A stretch of 64,000 bases of DNA from Myxococcales bacterium (GTDB lineage Bacteria > Myxococcota_A > UBA9042 > JABWCM01 > BTVJ01). Positions within the stretch are counted from its first letter, which is position 1, and every line of letters starts with the position of its first letter. The position numbers and the translations under genes are program-made. Positions 29,683 through 38,517 of the stretch are shown piece by piece. Below the pieces are notes generated by a model. The model searched no databases and was not told the origin of the DNA. It saw nothing but the letters and a program-made list of their open reading frames with translations. Location of the stretch: positions 141,220-205,219 of the forward strand of contig BTVJ01000005.1 in the NCBI GenBank assembly GCA_045863395.1. Direction: 5' to 3'.

Positions 29683-31143
29683 ATGAAGTGGAACAGGACT
29701 CGAAGCACCCTGAACGTGGTCGCCCCGCTGGCGCTGCTCGCTGGCCTCGCCATGATGGTGACCGGCGCCAAGAAGGGCTGCGTCCCCGTACCCGTCGAGC
29801 CGGAGCCCGAGTGCACGGTGGCCGCTGACTGCAACGATCTCGTACCCCCGTACAAGTGCGTCGGCTACTGGAGCTGCGAAGACGAGCTCTGCAACTACAA
29901 GTGCGGCACACCCGAGCCCACGTGCAACACGGCCAAGGACTGCGAGGGGCTGCCCGCCTACGTCGACTGTGTGGGCGCCTGGGCGTGCACCGAGGGCATC
30001 TGCGATTTCCAGTGTGGCGGTACGGGGCCCACCGGCTGCTATGGCGACCAGGACTGCCCCTCCGGCACCACGTGCAACGCGGGCACGGTCTGTCAACCGC
30101 CACCCGGCTGCAAGCCCGGCATGGCCTGCCCGGCGGTCTGCTACGGCTGGTGTGAGGCCAAGCCCACGACGTGCAAGTCCGACAGTGAGTGTGCGCCTGG
30201 CCAGATCTGCCAGATCGCGGACTACTGCCCCATGATCTGGTGCGCCCCTGGCACCCCATGCGACCCCTGCCCCACCGAGGGGACCTGCGTCGACGCTCCA
30301 AAGCCGTATGAGTGCAGCAGCGACGCGGACTGCGGGTGGGGCAGCTATTGCCAGTTCGAGGTCTGCGCCTCCTGCTACTGCCCGCCGGGCGCGTACTGCG
30401 ACCCCGCGGACTGTGGCTGCTGGGGTCACTGCGCAGAGGTGGAGCAGCCGGTCACCTGCAACACGGACAAGGACTGCCCCGCCGGCACCACCTGCCAGTG
30501 TGGCATGGACCCGACCTGCCCGATGTGCGCGGTGTGCCTGATGCAGTGCATGCCCGACCCGAACCCGCAGGGCTGCTCCTATGACTGGGACTGCGGCCCG
30601 GGTCAGGTGTGCGAGCTGGAGGTGTGCGCCGGCTGCGCGTGCCCGGACGGCACGATGTGCGAGTGCCCGGAGCCGAGCTGCTGGGGCACCTGCAAGGACG
30701 CCCCACCGGTCCTCGATTGCAGCACGGACAAGGACTGCCCGGCCGGCACCACCTGCCAGTGCGGCCAGATTCCGGGCTGCCCCAACTGTGACGCCTGCTG
30801 GATGCAGTGCCTGCCGGCGCCGACCGTCCAGTGCCTGAGCGACGCGGACTGCGGCAAGGGCCAGGCCTGCGTGCAGGGCCCCTGCCCCATGGGCCCCTGC
30901 ACCCCCGACTGGTGCCCCCCCTGCTACGGCACGTGTCAGGACGTCCAGCCGGTCGGCTGCGTCGTCTCCGGCTGCTCGGGCGAGATCTGCGCCGCGGAGC
31001 CCATGGCGTCCGACTGCAAGTGGGACGAGTCATATGAGTGCCTGCAGCTCACGTCCTGCGGCAACTACGCCCCCGACGGGAGCTGCGGCTGGGCCAAGAC
31101 CCCCGAGTACCAGAAGTGCATGCAGAAGTACGCCGCCCCGTGA
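29683..31143 (+). CDS. Secreted Cys-rich modular protein (probable lipoprotein) with a C-terminal eight-Cys domain
   Basis: AGGAGG RBS, signal peptide ending GAKKGC, nine modules opening with C-x5-C, terminal CVVSGCSGEIC domain; 81 Cys by manual count. Confidence 0.85.
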   Translation: MKWNRTRSTLNVVAPLALLAGLAMMVTGAKKGCVPVPVEPEPECTVAADCNDLVPPYKCVGYWSCEDELCNYKCGTPEPTCNTAKDCEGLPAYVDCVGAWACTEGICDFQCGGTGPTGCYGDQDCPSGTTCNAGTVCQPPPGCKPGMACPAVCYGWCEAKPTTCKSDSECAPGQICQIADYCPMIWCAPGTPCDPCPTEGTCVDAPKPYECSSDADCGWGSYCQFEVCASCYCPPGAYCDPADCGCWGHCAEVEQPVTCNTDKDCPAGTTCQCGMDPTCPMCAVCLMQCMPDPNPQGCSYDWDCGPGQVCELEVCAGCACPDGTMCECPEPSCWGTCKDAPPVLDCSTDKDCPAGTTCQCGQIPGCPNCDACWMQCLPAPTVQCLSDADCGKGQACVQGPCPMGPCTPDWCPPCYGTCQDVQPVGCVVSGCSGEICAAEPMASDCKWDESYECLQLTSCGNYAPDGSCGWAKTPEYQKCMQKYAAP

Positions 31144-31147
31144 CCCC

Positions 31148-32128
31148 TCACTCCGGGGCGAGCACGCTGTGACACCACGCCGTGCCGCCCCGGCCATCCC
31201 GCACCACGATCCACACGTCGACCGGCTCCGTCGGGGTCTCGTCCAACGTCCACTTGATGCGCCCCGCCTGTGACGACTTCACGATGTCCGGCGAGATGCT
31301 GCCAGCCGTGCTGAAGGTCGAGTAGAACCAGGTCTCCTCCGTGAAGAGGAGCTCGAAGGGGCGCTCGATGCTGGTGCCGCCCACGATGACCGGATAGGGC
31401 TCGCCGGGGTCCGGCATGTTCAGCGCCTGGATGACCCACTCCCCTGCCTCGATGGCGACTGGCGACACGAAGCACTCTCCCTCGGGAGCAGTACCGGCCT
31501 TGGGTGCCTCGCTCTGGTCGTCGGCGCGCCGAAGCGCGAAGGCGATCCCCGTCGGATTCTTGTTGGCGGGGCTCGCGAGGGAAACGTTGAGCCGCTTGAA
31601 CGCCTCCAGGGGCTTCGCGCCCGGGACGGTGGCGACCAGCGAGATGGTCGTGTTGACCCCAGCCACGGTGAGCAGGCCGATCTGCGCCTCGATGGGGAGG
31701 CGCCCGTCCTCGGGCAGGCCGTAGGCGAAGCGGATGGCCTCCTCGGAGAGCGCATCCAGAGGCACCGTGTACGAGACGGTGGGCCCGGTGCCCAGGCGGA
31801 CGGACGCCCCCGCCGCGATCAGCTCCGGGTCGGCGCAGGAGCTCTTGGAGTCGAGAGCATACCCGCCTCCGCCGCTCGCGCTGGACTGCCCTCCCCCCTC
31901 GAACAGCCCCTGCCCCCTCTCCGGCACCTGGCAGGCGTACCACTCCAGTTTCACGGGCCGCCCCTCCGGGTCGGCGACCAGGGCGCGCAGCTCCGTCGTC
32001 CCACCCGGAGCGAGCTCCGGCGGCTCGGCCTGCACCCCCAGCACACGCAGCCCGTCGACCTTGCTCGGCTTGGGCAGCTCCTCCAGGCAGCCGCCCAGCA
32101 GGGCGGCCATGATCGCGAGTCGTCTCAT
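31148..32128 (-). CDS. Lipoprotein partner of the TonB-dependent receptor
   Basis: MRRLAIMAALLGGC lipobox, LRVLGVQAEPPE, and C-terminal VVRDGRGG; starts 2 bp after the receptor stop. Confidence 0.8.
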   Translation of the reverse strand: MRRLAIMAALLGGCLEELPKPSKVDGLRVLGVQAEPPELAPGGTTELRALVADPEGRPVKLEWYACQVPERGQGLFEGGGQSSASGGGGYALDSKSSCADPELIAAGASVRLGTGPTVSYTVPLDALSEEAIRFAYGLPEDGRLPIEAQIGLLTVAGVNTTISLVATVPGAKPLEAFKRLNVSLASPANKNPTGIAFALRRADDQSEAPKAGTAPEGECFVSPVAIEAGEWVIQALNMPDPGEPYPVIVGGTSIERPFELLFTEETWFYSTFSTAGSISPDIVKSSQAGRIKWTLDETPTEPVDVWIVVRDGRGGTAWCHSVLAPE

Positions 32129-32130
32129 GC

Positions 32131-34704
32131 TCAGAACGTCGCCTTCACTCCCAGGGTAGGCAGGATGGGCAGCCCGATGCCGTCGGTCTTGATGGTGTAG
32201 TCGTAGCTGTACCGCCGGCTCTCGGGGTTCATCTGGTTGTACACGTTCTGCACGTCGATGTAGGCGCCGAGCAGCCAGGTGTCGAAGCGCCACGTCTTGT
32301 CCACGCGCAGGTCCAGGCGGTGGAACACCGGCAGGCGCTCCTCCGTGTCGCCGAAGAGCGGCTGGTAGCGGTCGCGGTCCGCGTCGTAGCGGGCACCAAC
32401 GACGGGATACGCCGGGTTGCCGGTGGTCAGCGTGAAGCGCGCCCCCAGCGACCAGCCTTCGCCCAGCAGGAAGCTCCACGCCAGGTTGAGCACGTGGGCC
32501 TGGTCGATGCCCGTCGCGCGCCAGTCGTTCGGGGGGATCAGCCGCTCGGAGCGCGACAGGGTGTAGCTCAGCCAGCCGTAGGCCCAGGAGCCAAGCTGCC
32601 GCCGCAGCATGACCTCCAAGCCGAAGGCGCGCCCCTCGACGTCCGCGACGAAGCTGGCGCGCCGCACGTCGCCCTCCTCCACCCGATAGGTCTGGTTGGC
32701 ACGGGCGATGTCCCCGTAGTGGTTGTAGAAGCCCTCGACGGACAGGTCCCAGCCCTCGAAGAACGCCCACTCGGCCCCGAGGCTGGTCTGGAGCGACGTG
32801 ACCTGGGGGATGTTCGGGTCGCCGTAGGGCTCCTCCACCTGGAACACGGGCGGAGACTGGTGCGCGAGGGCCACGGCCGCCTTCAGGGTCCAGTCCGGGT
32901 GGAAGCGCCACCGGACGGCGACCTTCGGATCCACGGAGAGGTGCGTCGCCCCCGCGTAGCGCTCCACGTTGAAGCGCACGCCGGGCAGCAGGTTGACCCC
33001 CGGGGCCACCTCGAGGGTGGCGCCGATCCACGGCGCCACGCTCAGCATGGGGCCCGTGAAGCCGAAGGACAGGGTGATCGGGTCGAACTGGGGCGGTCGA
33101 GGATCACCGAGCGGCGGAAACGAGGGCACGGTCAGGTCGGACTCCACGTGGGTCCACAGCAGGTCCACGCCTGTCTGCATCGCCACGACGTCGGACGCCT
33201 CCCAGTCGAACCACGCCTTGGCGTTGAGCCCGTAGGCGATGAGCGAGACCTTGAGGTCCTCGTCGTCCTCCGCGACGCGCTGCCCCGCCGTGTGGTCCAC
33301 CTCGAAGGCCACGCTGGTCGAGAACGACGTGGTCCGGTCCAGGTCGACCACCGCGCCGAGCTGAAGCCGATGAAAGCCCAAGCCCAGGTCCTGCGCCGAC
33401 TCGCTCCCATCTTGCGAGTCGCCGGCGGCCGCCGAGAACCGATCCTCGGCGCCGAGGGCCATGGCGAGGAGCCGCACCGACGGGGTCGCCTGCCAGGTGA
33501 CGCGGAGCATGTAGTCGGTGTAGCTGAGCTCCACGTCGTCGATGACCAGCGGCAGCACCAGCTCGTAGTAGCTGCGGCGCAGCGACGCGGTGAGCAGCCC
33601 CCTCCCCTCGTCGAAGGGCAGCGTGAACAGGACGGACGCCTTGAGCACGTCCAGCTCCACGTCCAGGTGCCAGCGATCCTCGGGCGGATCCTTGATGTCG
33701 AGGGCGATGACGCCCCCGGCGAAGCGCCCGAACTCCGGTGGGTAGCCTCCGGGGTAGAAGCGGAGGCGCCCGACGGCCTCGGGGTGGATCACCGCCGGCC
33801 CGCCCACCAGGTGGTAGAGGTACAGCGCCGGGTGGCCGTCGATGAAGAAGCCGGTGTTCTCCAGGTTCGCGCCGCGGACCACATAGTAGCCGAGGCCGAA
33901 GGGCGTGCGCGCGACGCCCGGCAGAGACGCGACCACGCGGGTCGGGTCGCCGAAGGTGCCTGGGGTGCGGGTCAGCTCGGTCTCCTCCAGCAGGACCTCG
34001 GTGGCGGCGGCCTTCTTTCGCTCCCCCTGGATGACGGTGCGGTACTGCTCGCTGCCGTCGGGATCGAGGCGCAAGGGGTCGATCTGGAGGGGACCCGTCG
34101 CGACGCCAGGCACATCCAGGGCGGTTCGAAGCGGCAGATAGCCCCCCTGCGCCACCTCGAGCTGCACGGTGCCTGCGGGGAGCCCCTCCAGGGTGAAGGC
34201 GCCGTCGTCCCGGGTGAGGGCCTCCCACGTCGTCACCCCGTCGGTCGCCCGCACCAGCGCCCCATACAGCGGGGCCCGGGTGCCCCGCTCCTGCACCTCG
34301 CCGCGCACCCTCGCCCCAGGAACCGCCTCGCTGTCCCGCCGCTCCGCCCGCGCAACGCCGAAGCGCCCCCGCTGCTTCGGCTGGATGAACGCGTAGCGGA
34401 AGGGCACCTTGACGGGCGCCGGCACGCCGTCGACCAGCGCAGGGGAGAACTCCAGGCTCAAGGCGGCCTCTGCGGCGGCCTCGTCCCAGGGCGAGCCCGC
34501 GGGCTCCTTGACCTCCACCTCGGTGACCGCGCCGGCTGCGTCGATGACGAGCCACAGCTCCACGACGGCGTCCCGGGCGGGCGCGTCCGCCGGCAGGCGC
34601 GCCTCGACGAAGCGCGTCATGACGGGAGGTGTGACGACGGGCTCGGCGGCGGCCGTTGCAGCCACCAGCGTCAAAGCCACGAACAGGGCGCGACAGAGGC
34701 GCAC
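32131..34704 (-). CDS. TonB-dependent receptor with N-terminal TonB_C-like and carboxypeptidase-regulatory-like domains
   Basis: Signal peptide, TonB C-terminal-like domain, plug (PGTFGDP..SLPGV..VVRG..FIDG), barrel motifs (GWLSYTLSRS, RLDLR, NVYN), C-terminal Phe. Confidence 0.9.
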   Translation of the reverse strand: MRLCRALFVALTLVAATAAAEPVVTPPVMTRFVEARLPADAPARDAVVELWLVIDAAGAVTEVEVKEPAGSPWDEAAAEAALSLEFSPALVDGVPAPVKVPFRYAFIQPKQRGRFGVARAERRDSEAVPGARVRGEVQERGTRAPLYGALVRATDGVTTWEALTRDDGAFTLEGLPAGTVQLEVAQGGYLPLRTALDVPGVATGPLQIDPLRLDPDGSEQYRTVIQGERKKAAATEVLLEETELTRTPGTFGDPTRVVASLPGVARTPFGLGYYVVRGANLENTGFFIDGHPALYLYHLVGGPAVIHPEAVGRLRFYPGGYPPEFGRFAGGVIALDIKDPPEDRWHLDVELDVLKASVLFTLPFDEGRGLLTASLRRSYYELVLPLVIDDVELSYTDYMLRVTWQATPSVRLLAMALGAEDRFSAAAGDSQDGSESAQDLGLGFHRLQLGAVVDLDRTTSFSTSVAFEVDHTAGQRVAEDDEDLKVSLIAYGLNAKAWFDWEASDVVAMQTGVDLLWTHVESDLTVPSFPPLGDPRPPQFDPITLSFGFTGPMLSVAPWIGATLEVAPGVNLLPGVRFNVERYAGATHLSVDPKVAVRWRFHPDWTLKAAVALAHQSPPVFQVEEPYGDPNIPQVTSLQTSLGAEWAFFEGWDLSVEGFYNHYGDIARANQTYRVEEGDVRRASFVADVEGRAFGLEVMLRRQLGSWAYGWLSYTLSRSERLIPPNDWRATGIDQAHVLNLAWSFLLGEGWSLGARFTLTTGNPAYPVVGARYDADRDRYQPLFGDTEERLPVFHRLDLRVDKTWRFDTWLLGAYIDVQNVYNQMNPESRRYSYDYTIKTDGIGLPILPTLGVKATF

Positions 34705-34707
34705 AGG

Positions 34708-35925
34708 TCAGACGTGCTCGAGCAGGTGACCGAGCTTGGCCTTCTTGGTGGCCAGGTAGTGGCGATTGGTGGCGTTGGCCTCCATCTCGATGGGAACGCG
34801 GCCCGCCACCTTGACCCCGAACTGCCCGAGCCCGTCGATCTTGCGCGGGTTGTTGGTGATGACGCACACGCTCTCGACGCCGAGGTGGGACAGGATCTGC
34901 GCCCCCACCACGTACTCCCGCAGGTCCGGCACGAAGCCGAGCTCCAGGTTGGCCTCGACGGTGTCCTTGCCCCGGTCCTGGATGCCGTAGGCCTTGAGCT
35001 TGTTGACGAGGCCGATGCCGCGGCCCTCCTGGCGGAGGTAGATCAGCGCCCCGACGCCTCGCTCGGCGATGGCGCTCATCGCCGAGTCGAGCTGCTCGCC
35101 GCAGTCGCACCGCAGGGAGTGGAACACGTCCCCCGTCAGGCACTGGGAGTGGATGCGCACGAGGACCTTGGCCTGCCCCTGGAGGTCCCCCCGGGTCATC
35201 ACCGGGTGATACCGACCGTCGAGCTTGTTCTGGTACACCCGCAGCACGAAGGGACCATGCTCGGTCTCCACGGGCGCCTCCTGGACGCATTCCACGAAGA
35301 TCTCCCGCTCCATGCGCCAGCGCACCAACTCTGAAATGCGCACCACCTGGAGGCCATGCTCCTCGGCGAAGCGCTCCAGCTCTTGCGGCCCCGCCGCGGC
35401 GCCGTCAGCGGTGAGCACCTGGCACAGCGCCGCGACGGGGCGGCAGCCAGCGTAGCGCGCCAGGTCAACGGCGGCCTCCGCGTCGCCGGGCCGCGCGAGG
35501 GACCCGCCCTTCCAGGAGCGCATGGGGAACACGTGCCCCGGGCTCACCAGGTCGTCGGGGCCGGCGTCGTCGTCGGCCAGGACCTCGATGGTCCGCGCAC
35601 GGTCCGCCGCGGAGATGCCCGTGGACACCCCCTCCCGCGCCTCCACGGACACCGTGTACCAGGCCCGGCGCGACGCGCTGTTGCGCCGCGGCATCAGCGC
35701 GAGACCGAACCGCTCCACCCGCTCGGGCGTCATGGCGACGCAGACGAGCCCCCGCGCGTGGGTGGCCATGAAGTTCACGATGTCGGGGGTCACGTGCTCT
35801 GCCGCGACGACCAGGTCGCCCTCGATGGACGCGCCCTGCTCGCGGCGCTCCCCGTGATCGTCGATGAGGACGACCAGCTCGCCGCGCCCGATGGCCTGAA
35901 GGCCCGCCTCGATGGAGTTGCTCAT
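34708..35925 (-). CDS. ribBA: RibBA fusion: DHBP synthase (apparently degenerate) / GTP cyclohydrolase II
   Basis: STGISAADR and PGHVFP in the RibB half; RIHSQCLTGD, CDC, QEGRGIGL and TNNPRK in the RibA half; ATG 35925. Confidence 0.92.
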   Translation of the reverse strand: MSNSIEAGLQAIGRGELVVLIDDHGERREQGASIEGDLVVAAEHVTPDIVNFMATHARGLVCVAMTPERVERFGLALMPRRNSASRRAWYTVSVEAREGVSTGISAADRARTIEVLADDDAGPDDLVSPGHVFPMRSWKGGSLARPGDAEAAVDLARYAGCRPVAALCQVLTADGAAAGPQELERFAEEHGLQVVRISELVRWRMEREIFVECVQEAPVETEHGPFVLRVYQNKLDGRYHPVMTRGDLQGQAKVLVRIHSQCLTGDVFHSLRCDCGEQLDSAMSAIAERGVGALIYLRQEGRGIGLVNKLKAYGIQDRGKDTVEANLELGFVPDLREYVVGAQILSHLGVESVCVITNNPRKIDGLGQFGVKVAGRVPIEMEANATNRHYLATKKAKLGHLLEHV

Positions 35926-36158
35926 AGGACCGTCCAGATGACGACGGCAAGGATCGCCAGCGCACCCACAGGCACCCACACCCGCTGCCGGGGGTCGGGG
36001 TCCATGCGCCGGAGCAGCCTGTCCGTCTCGTCTCGCACCTCGTCGCCCGGTGGCAGGAGCCGCAGGGGCGCGAGCAGCGCGCGCGCACAGTGGTAGTCGC
36101 CCGCGTCGAAGGCGTCAAGGGCGGCGATGAACCGGTCCTCTTCGTCCTCGGACGCCAC
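35922..36158 (-). CDS. Small hypothetical protein with a C-terminal TM (78 aa)
   Basis: Exactly fills the rel-ribBA gap with a 3-bp spacer and an ATAG/ATG-type overlap; hydrophobic C-terminus. Confidence 0.65.
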   Translation of the reverse strand: MASEDEEDRFIAALDAFDAGDYHCARALLAPLRLLPPGDEVRDETDRLLRRMDPDPRQRVWVPVGALAILAVVIWTVL

Positions 36159-36161
36159 GGC

Positions 36162-38336
36162 TCACGTCCGGACCCGCTCGACGGTGTAGACACCCTTGAT
36201 GCGCTCGATGGAGCGCATCACGGAGCGGAGCTGATCCAGGTTCGCCACGTGGATCTGGAACAGGTTCACGGCCTTGTGGTCGTCGGTCGCGGAGCAGTGG
36301 GCCTGGGAGATGTTGACCCCCTCGTTGGTGAACGACTGGCTGATCAGCGCCAGGAGCCCCGGCGTGTCCGAGCACACGACCCGCAGGTTGATCGCGTGGG
36401 CCGCCGACGCGCCCGTGTCCCAGACCACATCGATCATGCGGTCCGGGTCGCTGTCGGCGGCGTGGGCGCAGTCGCGGGTGTGCACCGTGACCCCGCGCCC
36501 GCGCGTGACGAAGCCCACGATGTCGTCGCCGGGCACCGGGTTGCAGCAGCTCCCGTAGCGGACGAGCAGGTCCTCGATGCCGTCGAGCTTCACGCCGCCC
36601 TTGCGCTTGCCGAGGGACTTGAGGAAGGAGGTGATGCGGCCCTCCTCCTTCGGCGGCTCCAGGCCGCGCGCCTGCCGCTCCTCTGGCGGAAGCAGCGCCT
36701 CGCTGACCTGCTCTGCCCGCACCTTCCCGTAGCCGACCAGGACGCAGAGATCCTCCAGGTTCGCCGCGCGGAGCTTCTCGCACACCTCCTGGAAGTTACC
36801 GTTCTTGCTGATCTTGTTCAGGTTCAGGCTGTACTTGCGGAGCTCCTTCTCCAGGATCTCACGCCCGATGGCCAAAGAGCGCTCCCGCTGCTCCGCGCGC
36901 AGGTATGCCTTGATGCGGTTCTTGGCGCGGGCCGTCTGGACGAAGCGCACCCAGTCCGCGCTCGGCCGCTGCGTCTTGCTGGTCAGGATCTCGACGATGT
37001 CGCCGTTGCGCAGCGTGTGGGTCAGGGGCACCATCACGCCGCCGACGCGCGCGCCGGTGCAGTGGTGACCGACCTCCGAGTGCACCGAGTAGGCGAAGTC
37101 CACCGGGGTCGCCCCCTTCGGGAACACCTTGACGTCGCCGGCGGGGGTGAAGACGTAGACCTCCTCGCTGAAGAGGTCGACCTTCACGGTGTCCAGGAAC
37201 TCGTTCGGGTCCTTCAGCTCGCGCTGCCACTCCATGAGCTGCTTGAGCCAGGCGAACTTCTGCTCGTCCTTCATGTTCATCGCCGCGCCCTCTTTGTACT
37301 TCCAGTGGGCGGCGATGCCCTCTTCGGCGATGCGGTGCATCTCCTGCGTGCGGATCTGGACCTCGATGCGCTCCCCCCGCGGCCCGATGACCGCCGTGTG
37401 CAGCGAGCGGTACATGTTGGGCTTCGGCAGCGCGATGTAGTCCTTGAAGCGGCCCGGGATGGGCTTCCAGTGGGTGTGGATCACCCCGAGCGCCTCGTAG
37501 CAGTCCTTCACCGAGTCGAGGATCAGCCGGAACGCGATGGCGTCGTAGACCTGCTCGAACTCGATGTTCTGCTTCTTCATCTTGCGCCAGATGGAGTACA
37601 GGTGCTTCGGGCGCCCGCTCACCTCCGGCTTGATGCCGTTCTCCGCCATGACCTCGACCAGGATGCGGACCACGTCGTCCGTGTACTTCTCCCGGTGCTT
37701 CTTGGTCTTCGCGACCTTCTCGGCCAGGTCGTAGTAGTCCTCTGGCCAGATGTAGCGGAAGGACAGGTCCTCGAGCTCGGTCTTGATCCACGAGATGCCG
37801 AGCCGGTTGGCCAGCGGCGCGTAGATGTCCAGCGTCTCGACGGCGATGGTCGTGCGCTTCTGCTCGGGCAGGTGCTTGAGCGTGCGCATGTTGTGGCAGC
37901 GGTCCGCCAGCTTGACCAGGATGACGCGGATGTCCCGCGACATGGCGATGAGCATCTTGCGGAAGTTCTCGGCCTGCCGCTCCTCCTTCGTACGGAAGCT
38001 GACCTTGGCCAGCTTGGTGAGGCCATCGACCAGGTGCGCGATCTCGGCCCCGAACAGCTCGGCGAGGACCTCGACCGTCGCGAGGGTGTCCTCCACCGTG
38101 TCGTGCAGCAGGGCGGCGCAGATGCTCGCCTCGTCCAGCTTGAGGGTCGCAACGATGTCGGCCACCGCGAGCGGGTGCATCAGGTAGGGCTCGCCGCTCT
38201 TGCGCGTCTGGCCCTCGTGGACCTTCGCCGCGAACACGTAGGCGCTCTTGATCAGATCCAGATCAGGCGTGGGGTTGTAGCTTGCGACCTTGTCCAGGAC
38301 GTCGCTGAGCTTGAGCGTCTCCAATGCAGCACCCAT
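36162..38336 (-). CDS. relA: Bifunctional (p)ppGpp synthetase/hydrolase (long RSH)
   Basis: RKSGEPY, intact HDTVEDT hydrolase motif, RFKDY, YRSLHT, EVQIRT, then TGS, CC-zinc-finger and ACT domains. Confidence 0.96.
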   Translation of the reverse strand: MGAALETLKLSDVLDKVASYNPTPDLDLIKSAYVFAAKVHEGQTRKSGEPYLMHPLAVADIVATLKLDEASICAALLHDTVEDTLATVEVLAELFGAEIAHLVDGLTKLAKVSFRTKEERQAENFRKMLIAMSRDIRVILVKLADRCHNMRTLKHLPEQKRTTIAVETLDIYAPLANRLGISWIKTELEDLSFRYIWPEDYYDLAEKVAKTKKHREKYTDDVVRILVEVMAENGIKPEVSGRPKHLYSIWRKMKKQNIEFEQVYDAIAFRLILDSVKDCYEALGVIHTHWKPIPGRFKDYIALPKPNMYRSLHTAVIGPRGERIEVQIRTQEMHRIAEEGIAAHWKYKEGAAMNMKDEQKFAWLKQLMEWQRELKDPNEFLDTVKVDLFSEEVYVFTPAGDVKVFPKGATPVDFAYSVHSEVGHHCTGARVGGVMVPLTHTLRNGDIVEILTSKTQRPSADWVRFVQTARAKNRIKAYLRAEQRERSLAIGREILEKELRKYSLNLNKISKNGNFQEVCEKLRAANLEDLCVLVGYGKVRAEQVSEALLPPEERQARGLEPPKEEGRITSFLKSLGKRKGGVKLDGIEDLLVRYGSCCNPVPGDDIVGFVTRGRGVTVHTRDCAHAADSDPDRMIDVVWDTGASAAHAINLRVVCSDTPGLLALISQSFTNEGVNISQAHCSATDDHKAVNLFQIHVANLDQLRSVMRSIERIKGVYTVERVRT

Positions 38337-38517
38337 CAACGAGCCCCTTGTGCCGCTGGCAGGTTCGGTTCCCCGGCGACTAGCCCTGCCCGACCTGACA
38401 CGAGGGCAGGGGTACTGTGCGCCTTCTCACAACGCGAGGCAAGACGCAAGGTGTTCCACGCCCCCGCGGCCTACGGGATCTGGCGCGCCGTCGCTGTCAG
38501 ATGGGGATGAGAGGGGG

